Sequence record: PZ445417.1
Strand: one strand, 5' to 3'
Length of the DNA: 44,550 nucleotides
DNA from: a phage
The notes under the pieces were generated by a model, which was given only the letters and a program-made list of their open reading frames with translations, ran no database searches and had not been told where the DNA came from. Shown here piece by piece: positions 19,601-26,765 of the stretch (positions are counted from its first letter, which is position 1; every line of letters starts with the position of its first letter). The position numbers and the translations under genes are program-made.

Positions 19601-20055
19601 CTTCGTTTAACCATGCAGGTGGTAACGCCACGTACAGCCTTAAGGCGGGCGTGACGTATAACGGGACTTACTATGATGCTGGTATGCAGCTTTCCGTCGT
19701 GGCGGAAGGTGGCGCGGTTAAATCCCGCATCGCGTTCAAGGCGGACCAGTTTTACATCATGCACCCGTCGAATGGGTCGCTTACGTCCGCGTTTATCGTT
19801 GACGGGGGGCAGGTGTACATTGACACGGCACGCATCAAGGATGCGACTATCAACTTCGCGCAGATCACGGACACGCTTCAGTCGAATAACTACGACGGCA
19901 GCACGCGCGGATGGCGCTTAGGGAAAGACGGAACGTTTATCAACCTGGGAACCGGCAACGGCGGCGCGATGAAACAGACGAACACGCAAATCAGCGTCAG
20001 GGATGGAAACGGCGTTCTCCGCGTGCAGATTGGTGAAATCACGGGTAGTTGGTAG
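16636..20055 (+). CDS. central tail fibre / host specificity protein (lambda gpJ-like)
   Basis: 1139 aa; the ATG overlaps the previous stop (TAATG). Largest ORF of the tail module. Domain content (fibronectin III-like repeats) is recalled, not searched. Confidence 0.8.
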   Translation: MTIIYDVTGHKGGGGKQHTPQETPDSLHSQAKARILLALGEGEFEGIPSNSELRQRVYLDGTPIQNSDRSENFPGARVEFRPGTQHQNVIHGFSAVESEQSVGVKLENGKPWVRQINDTSLDAVRIRIGIPALYTNEDNGDLVGGRVNYKIVVYTDNANPREFKFAAVGKTMSLYERDHRIELPSNVNTGWRVEVHRTTADSTSAKVVNDIQVQSITEIIDARLRYPLTALLFVEFDAKAFQNIPRVSIKCKGRKVLIPNNYDPINHTYSGDWDGTFKRAWTDNPAWHWYDICITERFGLGRRIKPQMLNRYALYQIAQRCDQLVSDGNGGREIRFKNDMYIQSQTDAWTVLKDLAAIFAGMTWWGNQMLNIVSDQPVAAVSHTITNASVIDGRFDYASGSQKTRYSTFAVAYGNPKNHYDDAIATGQRVELVRRHKINRLDITAIGCTRESEAQRRGHWALISNQLDQQVSFKVGMEGLFFIPGSVVAIADTNISGGFETRGGRLLSDPGTRTVLNTDSEITFRPGDKFLVRTDSGNVETREIASVNGNKVTLKTALDSDPIPDQPFCVDGDDIQLQKFRITDLEYDDSTSTFSVRGIEYNDSKYDAVDNGARLDPGIFTQVPDGVMKGPESVTITPSQISSQGQLITNVDIVFPPVKDAVVYEIQWRRTSLQNMAIQWGNDWVNIPRTASNGAHIPNVFSGNYQARVRAIGMGEISSPWVSSAITPVEGRLGGLNAPIITNAISGLHQILWKWNHNNAATDISYTELEVRKTGETEWEFLTNVPYPGSEYAQTSLEFGIYQQLRARVADKIGNLSDWSAPFEGQVSDEVDEYMKGLDDAFLTSEDGKHFQEAIDTMPQGIYEAMLTDAQQLFNARAEYKGIYAEIKVAYNVAVDANEAVAQLETLIGTRLDDAEASIHTLQTAQSTHEQAFAQYQQTVAAKFGEQEAAIQQVQTATADVAGALAEYKTQVAAQFDQQSAAIEQKMTSSFNHAGGNATYSLKAGVTYNGTYYDAGMQLSVVAEGGAVKSRIAFKADQFYIMHPSNGSLTSAFIVDGGQVYIDTARIKDATINFAQITDTLQSNNYDGSTRGWRLGKDGTFINLGTGNGGAMKQTNTQISVRDGNGVLRVQIGEITGSW

Positions 20056-20065
20056 CATAGGGGCT

Positions 20066-20090
20066 TCGGCCCCTTTCTTTTGGAGGTAAT
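20066..20090 (+). terminator. rho-independent terminator
   Basis: AGGGGC-ttcg-GCCCCT hairpin followed by TTCTTTT. Confidence 0.55.
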
Positions 20091-20092
20091 GC

Positions 20093-20395
20093 ATGGCTTT
20101 TGGAGTAGAAACATGGGACGCGCAAGGGCGTCCGAACAACTACGGGATCAAGCCGGTGTCGGTTGTCGGAATTATTAAACTTGCACAAGGTCAAACATCG
20201 GGGTCGTGGTCGTTCACTATCCCGTCAGGGATGAAAGTCGGTTTTGCGGTTACGCTTGACGTGGGAGGCACTACTGTCGGTCGGGCTATCCGCGCCCGCG
20301 GGAACACAATAACCGTGTCGGCGGCAAACAGCGTGGGTATCGGTAACTACCCCGCGTCCGCGTGCGAGGTAGTAGTTTTTGTGGAGAAAGCATAG
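20093..20395 (+). CDS. hypothetical protein (100 aa), probably tail-associated
   Basis: ATG with GGAGG RBS, immediately after the J-like gene. Confidence 0.5.
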   Translation: MAFGVETWDAQGRPNNYGIKPVSVVGIIKLAQGQTSGSWSFTIPSGMKVGFAVTLDVGGTTVGRAIRARGNTITVSAANSVGIGNYPASACEVVVFVEKA

Positions 20396-20397
20396 AA

Positions 20398-21069
20398 ATG
20401 GCAAACTTCGGCGCGTTAATTGATAACAACAACGGCAACCCATTTGTCACGCCAAATTCAACGCCGTTCGCCCTCTACGCTAAGGTGTCGGCAAATTCAG
20501 TGGGGGCGAGCGCGGATTATAAGACCGCTAGTGGCGTCGTGAATATCCCCGCAAACTATCCGGCGATGGTGTTCATGCGGTCTAATAACCGGTGTGTACT
20601 CGCAGCGTCCCGGTCAGGAAACAGGATTTTATTTAGCGGAAGCATTCAGGGGCGGAATAACCCACATTTTACCGTCACGGCGTACGTATTCGCGCGATTC
20701 CCGCAGCCGCTGCCGAAATGGGGTTTTGCTATTTGGGACGCCAGCGGGACTTGCATACTAACCAACGAGAGCAAGGTGCTCACCGATTTAGTAACTGTTG
20801 GCAGCTTCGGTAATAACGGGGGGATCAACATAGACCAGACGCTGCCGGGGAAGTACGCGGTGTCCCCGATGCTAATGGGTGCTACTCTTATTCAGATATT
20901 CGTGCAAGGACAGCCGCAAATTATCCAGATCTCGGCAGGGACAGGAGCTTACGACAACGGAAGCGGCACTCGTATTAACGCAGTCGCTACGCAGGCGGGG
21001 TCGGGTAGCGTCGCAGGGTATCAAAACACCGGCGTTGCGCTGACGGCAATTAACGTGGATGGGATATGA
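20398..21069 (+). CDS. hypothetical protein (223 aa), probably tail-associated
   Basis: ATG at 20398 (GGAGA RBS). Gly/Asn/Ser-rich. Contains a segment (FAIWDASG) resembling the N-terminus of the upstream 100-aa protein (FGVETWDAQG). Confidence 0.5.
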   Translation: MANFGALIDNNNGNPFVTPNSTPFALYAKVSANSVGASADYKTASGVVNIPANYPAMVFMRSNNRCVLAASRSGNRILFSGSIQGRNNPHFTVTAYVFARFPQPLPKWGFAIWDASGTCILTNESKVLTDLVTVGSFGNNGGINIDQTLPGKYAVSPMLMGATLIQIFVQGQPQIIQISAGTGAYDNGSGTRINAVATQAGSGSVAGYQNTGVALTAINVDGI

Positions 21070-21071
21070 AA

Positions 21072-21092
21072 AAGCCCCTTTCGGGGCTTATT
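21072..21092. terminator. bidirectional terminator
   Basis: AAGCCCC-tttc-GGGGCTT hairpin with an A-run upstream and T-rich downstream, between convergent genes. Confidence 0.6.
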
Positions 21093-21306
21093 TGCAGGTT
21101 GTGCTTTTGAAGTGGTCAACTGACACATACTGGAAGTTAAACGGGTAGCCAGCCATGAGCATTTTGTGACCGCTAAAATCTGCGACCCCAAACACAGGGA
21201 CGGAATACTCCATGTCGCTATTCAGGTATGTCGCGTCGCAGATTTTAGACGGCATAGTGGAACAACCGGACAAAAGAACCGCACAAATCATAATTAAAGT
21301 TTTCAT
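21088..21306 (-). CDS. small lipoprotein, candidate superinfection-exclusion protein (Cor/Llp-like)
   Basis: 72 aa from the ATG at 21306. Signal peptide MKTLIMICAVLLSGC with lipobox LSGC and a Cys-containing mature part. Minus-strand gene between the J-like and fibre genes with its own promoter-like motif and terminator. Confidence 0.55.
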   Translation of the reverse strand: MKTLIMICAVLLSGCSTMPSKICDATYLNSDMEYSVPVFGVADFSGHKMLMAGYPFNFQYVSVDHFKSTTCK

Positions 21307-21337
21307 GGTATCATCCCCTATATTTGGTTGAGTTTTA

Positions 21338-21370
21338 GTATTACACCGCTCAACCAGGATTGCAACCAAT
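21338..21370 (-). promoter_or_regulatory. sigma70-like promoter embedded in an ATTGGTTGCAA motif
   Basis: On the minus strand: ATTGGTTGCAA (-35 TTGCAA), 16 bp, TAATAC, ending about 30 nt upstream of the lipoprotein start. Confidence 0.45.
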
Positions 21371-21386
21371 TTATGAGGATTTAGCT

Positions 21387-23537
21387 ATGGCAGCGGGTAC
21401 GCTATCTGTAACGAACAATAGCAAGGCGGTAGTAGGGGTCGGCACAACGTTTACCGCGTTTAAAGCTGGCGACTTCTTAACGCTGGTAGTAGGACAAGTC
21501 CCCTACACCGTGGCGATCGCGTCCGTCGAAAGCGACACGGCGCTTACTCTGGTTCTGCCGTTCGACGGCCCAACGGCAACCGGACTTGCGTGGGATGGCG
21601 TTAAGCGCGATACCATGTCACTGGCAACGATGGGCGTTACCGTACAGGCGCAAAAAGCATTGCGCTTGATGATTGCAGATGAAAACAACTGGCGTGCGAT
21701 CTTCGGCGACGCTGAAGAAATCACAGTGACGTTACCTAACGGGCAGGTTATGCAGGGCATGTCATGGGGCTATCTGTCGCAGCTAATGAAGCAGATCGAC
21801 CCTGTTGAGATGCGCAACCTGCAACAACAAGCAGCCGCATCGGAAGCAGCCGCGCAGGGCTTCCGCGATCAGGCCGAAGAATTGGCGCAAAGCATAAACC
21901 CAGATAACCTGCTAACAAAATCCGGCAACCTGGCAGGACTCACCGACAAAACGCAAGCCTGGCTTAACGTTCGCCCGGACGGGGCAACGCCACTGGCGGG
22001 CAACCCAGTAGGTGACTACGACGCCGCGACAAAGCGTTGGGTAGAGAACCTGATTAACACAGGTACTGTCGGGCCTACTATGAACGGCGTGATGAACTAC
22101 GGTGTAGGTCAGGTTACGCTGTGGCATTCTCGCGCGTTCATTCCGTCTTACGCAGTTGTTGCAGACGGCCAGTTGTTGTCACGTACAGCTTACCCTGAAC
22201 TGTGGGCACATGCTCAGATGCACAACCCTATCAACGACAGCGTATGGTTAACGGGTAGCGGCAATCGCGCTAAATTCTCAACAGGTGACGGTAGTACCAC
22301 GTTCCGTGTACCGGACCTCAACGGTGTTCAAGCTGGGTCGCCGGCGAATCTTTTCGGGCGCGGGTCCAACGGGTCCAGTAATTTGTTACCCGGTACAACC
22401 TTGGAAAGTGCGTTACCTGATATCGCAGGTGAAAGCCCTGCGACTCTGATTCGTTACGTCGACGCAGCTTCTGAGGCGTTTCAGGCTACGGAGGTAAGTA
22501 CTTACGGTTACGGCTCGGATACAAACAACGCGCCTATCAAGTGGAAGCAGCTGAGCTTCCGGGCCTCACGGTCATCTCCTGTTTACGGTCGCTACAATAC
22601 GACCGAGGTTGTACCGAACTCTTTCGTCGGCGTATGGATTATCCGCGCATCTGGTGGGTTCGTGGCGGCGAATACGTCGTGGAGCGTGATTAACGGTGAC
22701 GCGTCTCGTCCGGCAGACGGCACAACTGCTGATGGCGGTAATGTATGTTCGTTGTATAAGGTCAACAACGTCAATGAAGCTGAAGCTAGTTTCCGTGCCC
22801 GTGCCGAGATTGGTGGTAACTATTCTGCTCGTATTTCCGTAACGAACAGTACCACACAAAGAAGCGCGAATCTGGATTTTGACGAAACAGGGACACTAAC
22901 TATACCGAATACCATAGTTGTGAACTCTCCGCGCTCCGATTTTGTTGGTATTTTGAGACTCACTCGTGCCGCAACCACCAATATCGGGTTCCAACCGACT
23001 TATGCCGACGGTAGCGTGGTGCCCGATACTAAGGTTGGGGGGCACATATTCTTCGAAGCCTCGACAGAAGATTCAGGCAATATGGGTCGTATGTCTCTCT
23101 GGCGTCGTCGTAAAGACGGCAACCGTACTGGCGAAGTTGGTATTGCGTTCCCGGCAACAGCAGGAACATTAGCACTGCAAGGAACATCGGGCCGAGAGTA
23201 TAAGAAAGATATTGCCGATGCGGACGCAAGCGAAGCTATGGGCCGCATTAACAGCCAGCGCCTTGTTAACTTCGTGTATAAGGATGATGAGCAAGAGCGT
23301 GTTAGATTTGGTGTAATTGCCGAAGAAGCAGAGTTGATCGCTCCGCAATACATCAAACACAATCAGGTATCTTACGAGGACATTCTTGACGAAGAAGGGA
23401 ATAAGATTGGCGAGAAGACAAGGGACAGACCTTCCGTCGACGTCAACCCAATCGTTATGGATTTGATGGGGTGTGTTCAATATCTCAATAAGCAGGTGGA
23501 GGAGTTGAAGGCCGAGATCGCGGCGTTGAAGAAATAA
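21387..23537 (+). CDS. tail fibre with C-terminal intramolecular chaperone domain
   Basis: 716 aa from the ATG at 21387 (GAGGA RBS). The C-terminal ~120 aa (GREYKKDIADA...VRFGVIAEE...) resemble the self-cleaving chaperone domain of endosialidases and L-shaped fibres. Confidence 0.65.
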   Translation: MAAGTLSVTNNSKAVVGVGTTFTAFKAGDFLTLVVGQVPYTVAIASVESDTALTLVLPFDGPTATGLAWDGVKRDTMSLATMGVTVQAQKALRLMIADENNWRAIFGDAEEITVTLPNGQVMQGMSWGYLSQLMKQIDPVEMRNLQQQAAASEAAAQGFRDQAEELAQSINPDNLLTKSGNLAGLTDKTQAWLNVRPDGATPLAGNPVGDYDAATKRWVENLINTGTVGPTMNGVMNYGVGQVTLWHSRAFIPSYAVVADGQLLSRTAYPELWAHAQMHNPINDSVWLTGSGNRAKFSTGDGSTTFRVPDLNGVQAGSPANLFGRGSNGSSNLLPGTTLESALPDIAGESPATLIRYVDAASEAFQATEVSTYGYGSDTNNAPIKWKQLSFRASRSSPVYGRYNTTEVVPNSFVGVWIIRASGGFVAANTSWSVINGDASRPADGTTADGGNVCSLYKVNNVNEAEASFRARAEIGGNYSARISVTNSTTQRSANLDFDETGTLTIPNTIVVNSPRSDFVGILRLTRAATTNIGFQPTYADGSVVPDTKVGGHIFFEASTEDSGNMGRMSLWRRRKDGNRTGEVGIAFPATAGTLALQGTSGREYKKDIADADASEAMGRINSQRLVNFVYKDDEQERVRFGVIAEEAELIAPQYIKHNQVSYEDILDEEGNKIGEKTRDRPSVDVNPIVMDLMGCVQYLNKQVEELKAEIAALKK

Positions 23538-23543
23538 ATAAAA

Positions 23544-23568
23544 GGGGCCATGCGGCCCCTTTTTTTTT
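23544..23568. terminator. bidirectional rho-independent terminator
   Basis: GGGGCC-atgc-GGCCCC hairpin flanked by an A-run upstream and T9 downstream, between the fibre gene (+) and the end of the minus-strand operon. Confidence 0.75.
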
Positions 23569-24142
23569 AGTTTGAGTTTTCCCAATCCATTTTGCGCCGC
23601 ACCAGAGGACTTTCGTAATATTCCTTGCCTTCCACTTCCACTAAAGGCCAGTCATTAACAATCACGTATGGCTCCGCAATATCCTCGATCACGCCGTGCG
23701 CGTTATGCTGACCGAACGATACGCCAACAAGGATAACACCGGCAACGCGACGTGTCAGATATTCGCGAGCGCAACGTGCCTCAACCAGTCCACGACGGAT
23801 GCCGCTGGTGGCCTTAACTTCGCAGGTCCATACGGCATCGATCACATGCTCGCGGAAGTCTGGACCGGACTTAACCTTGCGTTTACCGACCATGATGATA
23901 TCGCCGCGGTCAATGGTATTGGCGCTGAACAGGCCCGTGCGCATAAGCAAGCCTTGCGGTATACAACTGCGCCCGCCTGCTTGCCCTTCAAGATACATGC
24001 CTGCAAACATCTCGCCCAGCACACCAACAAGACGGCTTTGCTTGCACGCGTCGGACTTTAAGCGCCACTGGTCAAACTCGATGCTTGCTATCATTGCCGC
24101 CAGGTGGAATTGTTTACCGGTTATTTCATATTCGCCGTACAT
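23567..24142 (-). CDS. hypothetical protein (191 aa), possible PD-(D/E)xK-type nuclease
   Basis: ATG with GAGGA RBS. Weak D...E-V-K pattern (IDAVWTCEVK). Last gene of the minus-strand operon. Confidence 0.45.
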   Translation of the reverse strand: MYGEYEITGKQFHLAAMIASIEFDQWRLKSDACKQSRLVGVLGEMFAGMYLEGQAGGRSCIPQGLLMRTGLFSANTIDRGDIIMVGKRKVKSGPDFREHVIDAVWTCEVKATSGIRRGLVEARCAREYLTRRVAGVILVGVSFGQHNAHGVIEDIAEPYVIVNDWPLVEVEGKEYYESPLVRRKMDWENSN

Positions 24143-24184
24143 CGTGTGGTCCTCATTGATGCGGGCCGAAGCCCGCGATTAGAA

Positions 24185-24676
24185 TTATTTAAGTGCGCCA
24201 GTCACCAGTGTTTTTTCCATGTTACGGAAATCTTCCTGCGTCATGAGGATTTTAGATCCGTCTTCGCCGGTGAGCACGACCATAGGCTGGACGTCTTGAT
24301 CTGCGATGCCGAAATTAGCGGCTTTGACCGTCTTGCCCGCGGAAGAATGCCAGCCTTTTAGGCTTTCAAATTGTTCTGCCGTTGTATCGATCTGAATCTC
24401 GTCATGCACAGTCATGTAAGACTCGCCAAGCAGGGCGGCATACGCCACCAGATCCACGATGTTATCATCCTGGTGCTTACGGTGCTGGCGCACCAGCTTC
24501 AGGCAGATCAGGAAGGTCCAGGCTTCTTGCTCGGTCAGGTCGCGACCGGTAAGCGCGTTAAACACGGCAGCGATTTGTTTAGCGCTGCGCTCCTCTTTCG
24601 CGTTGTCATAGCCGTTTTCTTTCCCGCGCTGTTCCATAGTGGTGGCGGCGTTTTTGCAGTATTCGTATGCTTTCAT
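24185..24676 (-). CDS. hypothetical protein (163 aa)
   Basis: Preferred start is the ATG at 24676 with an AAAGGA RBS; the alternative is the ATG at 24700. No recognisable motif. Confidence 0.5.
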   Translation of the reverse strand: MKAYEYCKNAATTMEQRGKENGYDNAKEERSAKQIAAVFNALTGRDLTEQEAWTFLICLKLVRQHRKHQDDNIVDLVAYAALLGESYMTVHDEIQIDTTAEQFESLKGWHSSAGKTVKAANFGIADQDVQPMVVLTGEDGSKILMTQEDFRNMEKTLVTGALK

Positions 24677-24717
24677 TGTGTGGTCCTTTCTAGGGGCCAT
24701 ATTGCCCCGACGCGTTA

Positions 24718-24747
24718 ACTATAGTGCAACCAACCTATTGGTTGCAA
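24718..24747 (-). promoter_or_regulatory. sigma70-like promoter within a 22-bp palindrome TGCAACCAA-ccta-TTGGTTGCA
   Basis: On the minus strand: TTGCAA, 18 bp, TATAGT. The palindrome spans 24725-24746. Confidence 0.45.
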
Positions 24748-25205
24748 GTAAATTTTGCAACGTTTATTGCGTAAATTTTCGGGACTAAATCGCTACACGC
24801 CCGACGAATTGCCGCGATGTTCTTCGGACAGTCTTCAATGATGACCAGTTCCGACACGTCCGCATAGCAGACCATTTTGAACACAGCGCACGCCTTAAAC
24901 TCTGGCGGCGGGGTGTCGTCCAACATATGGCGCATAAACAACCGGCCTACTGGGAAGACCTCTAGTTGTTCGGCGGTGGTCTCCCAGCATTCTCGCTGCC
25001 GGTTGGTCAGATACGCTATCTCGAAGCCTTGCTCTTTATACATGCGCAACAGCGGCAGCATATCCATGTTCAGGTCTTCGCGTACGTGCGCTTTGTGCCA
25101 CTTCGCCCAAAATGTTGATTTGGTTTTTATACCAGGAACCAGGTCGGCGCGTGCATCACTCGAACCATTAATTACGCCATCAAGATCACAAATCAGTAGT
25201 TTCAT
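24735..25205 (-). CDS. HAD-superfamily phosphatase (nucleotidase or 3'-phosphatase-like)
   Basis: 156 aa. HAD motif I LICDLDGV (DxDG) at the N-terminus. Confidence 0.6.
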   Translation of the reverse strand: MKLLICDLDGVINGSSDARADLVPGIKTKSTFWAKWHKAHVREDLNMDMLPLLRMYKEQGFEIAYLTNRQRECWETTAEQLEVFPVGRLFMRHMLDDTPPPEFKACAVFKMVCYADVSELVIIEDCPKNIAAIRRACSDLVPKIYAINVAKFTCNQ

Positions 25206-25426
25206 TTTAAGCTCTCAATAAGGGTGTATCGGACGCTGCGCGCGGAAAACTTGTTACACACAAGATGCCAACGGGCGGTTATGACAAGCCAGCCGGTAAG
25301 ATCCAGGCCCAGGATATATTCCGGACGTGACACGCGCTTCACACGATTGCGGCGTGGGTCGATGTTATAGTCTCTTTGCATTTGGTCTACTACCGCGGGG
25401 TCGCGGTCAACGATTAAGATATTCAA
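25202..25426 (-). CDS. small hypothetical protein (74 aa)
   Basis: Probable TTG start with a strong AAGGAGA RBS. Overlaps both neighbouring genes, suggesting translational coupling. Confidence 0.35.
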   Translation of the reverse strand: MNILIVDRDPAVVDQMQRDYNIDPRRNRVKRVSRPEYILGLDLTGWLVITARWHLVCNKFSARSVRYTLIESLK

Positions 25427-25892
25427 GGAGTTCTCCTTCGCTCATTATTTCAATTTGTGCGCTGCCGGTTGGTGGCGCTTCGTCAAATATTATCAATTGC
25501 TGGCACTTGTTATTGCTCGGACCGACTTCACCGGTGACAGCGTGTATAAATCTAATCCGCCAGTCCAGAAGAATTATCAGGTTTGCAGTCCTCCGGGCCA
25601 GCCTCGCCCACTTCGTCGACGTGTCCTGATTCAGTAGCATGACAGTCCGGCGACCGTGCGCTGCGCACTCGACCCACGGCAGCGGATCGGAATATGGCGG
25701 ATTGCACCACTTCCACCCTTTCAACTCTGCCCAGTCCACATCAAGCGCGCTGTGCTCTGCCGTGAAGTAACGCGGTAGCAGATGATTGGCATCGCTTGCC
25801 GCCATATCGTAACGGAATCGGTATTTCCGACGAAGCGGTTTAAATAACGCTGGCGGCGTGCGCCAGCTATCTTTTTGCTCACTCTTCTGCAT
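25407..25892 (-). CDS. DNA N6-adenine methyltransferase (phage Dam-like)
   Basis: 161 aa. N-terminal DSWRTPPALF and the catalytic NPPY motif (WCNPPYS) of amino-methyltransferases. Confidence 0.75.
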   Translation of the reverse strand: MQKSEQKDSWRTPPALFKPLRRKYRFRYDMAASDANHLLPRYFTAEHSALDVDWAELKGWKWCNPPYSDPLPWVECAAHGRRTVMLLNQDTSTKWARLARRTANLIILLDWRIRFIHAVTGEVGPSNNKCQQLIIFDEAPPTGSAQIEIMSEGELLEYLNR

Positions 25893-26343
25893 GGTCGGTG
25901 TCTATCGCATACAGGGCGATTTTATTGCCGGTCTTGAGAATGCGTTGCACGCGCTTTGACTCCACAGCACTAAGCGGGCGCGCGTCCGGGTAGAAGCTGC
26001 CATTTGTAGGGTTGCGCCACGCCATAAGCACCAAATCTTTACGGTCAACCTTAGACTGGCGACCCTTCGGTCGCACGTACTCCTCAGCACGTTTACAATG
26101 TTCACGCAAACCATCGGCAGTGATGCGGTTTAGTGCAACGCTGGTGGTGTATCCGGTGCGCTGCATAATCCCCATCAGTTCGAAAAGCAGTACGAAGCGC
26201 TCCGCTAGCTCCTGGCGCACTTTCTTCTCTCCTTCATATAGCGCCTGGTTGGTGTCCGCCAACGCGTTCGCACGTTCTGCCTGCTCGCGGGCTTCTAGGC
26301 ATTGCGCGGCCCAGTAATTTTTCTCTTCTTGTAAAATTTTCAT
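25879..26343 (-). CDS. hypothetical protein (154 aa)
   Basis: ATG with GGAGA RBS. Predicted coiled-coil N-terminus. Confidence 0.5.
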   Translation of the reverse strand: MKILQEEKNYWAAQCLEAREQAERANALADTNQALYEGEKKVRQELAERFVLLFELMGIMQRTGYTTSVALNRITADGLREHCKRAEEYVRPKGRQSKVDRKDLVLMAWRNPTNGSFYPDARPLSAVESKRVQRILKTGNKIALYAIDTDHAEE

Positions 26344-26359
26344 CGTGTTGTCTCCGGGT

Positions 26360-26388
26360 ATTAAAAAGGGCGTCCAAACCGGACACCC
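26360..26388 (-). terminator. terminator-like hairpin plus U5 overlapping the predicted start site of the next promoter
   Basis: Minus-strand RNA: GGGUGUCC-gguuu-GGACGCCC followed by UUUUU, immediately upstream of the RBS of 25879-26343. Confidence 0.45.
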
Positions 26389-26390
26389 TC

Positions 26391-26441
26391 AATATAATGC
26401 AACCAATATGATTATGCAACCAATATGATTATGCAACCAAT
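26391..26441 (-). promoter_or_regulatory. three tandem 17-bp repeats ATTGGTTGCATAATCAT with a promoter-like arrangement
   Basis: Three direct copies at 26398-26441. On the minus strand: TTGCAT (copy 2), 17 bp, TATATT. Confidence 0.5.
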
Positions 26442-26765
26442 TTACGCATAAAAGTTCGGGTCGCGTGCAACGTCTACCAGGTAAAGGTTGCTTATGCGGT
26501 TGCCGTAGTGCCCTGGAGTGCGCTGGCGGCACACAACGGCGAAGCCTGGGGGGATTGTATTGCCCGTCTCAATAATCCACGCCACGCGTGCGCCAGACAG
26601 TGTCTTGCCGTTGTATTCGATACGTGTTCCACCATCGGCGGTGTTGATGTTGCCAATCTTGCAGCCCGTGGACTTCAGACGGATGACTCCGGTTTTGCTG
26701 TCGTAGGTGAATAGCTGGTTAGTCATTGCGACCGAAAAATCGATGGTTTCGTATGTAGCGTTCAT
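26442..26765 (-). CDS. HNH-like (homing-endonuclease-related) domain protein, possibly degenerate
   Basis: 107 aa. The pattern GTRIEYNGKTLSGARVAWII...GHYGNRISNLYLVD resembles HNH_3/NUMOD4-type phage proteins but lacks clear catalytic His residues. Confidence 0.35.
   Translation of the reverse strand: MNATYETIDFSVAMTNQLFTYDSKTGVIRLKSTGCKIGNINTADGGTRIEYNGKTLSGARVAWIIETGNTIPPGFAVVCRQRTPGHYGNRISNLYLVDVARDPNFYA

Noticed and set aside
21360-21386. TTG start at 21360 for the tail fibre gene
   Set aside because: The codons upstream of the ATG at 21387 coincide with the ATTGGTTGCAA promoter motif of the divergent lipoprotein gene, and the ATG at 21387 has a GAGGA RBS.
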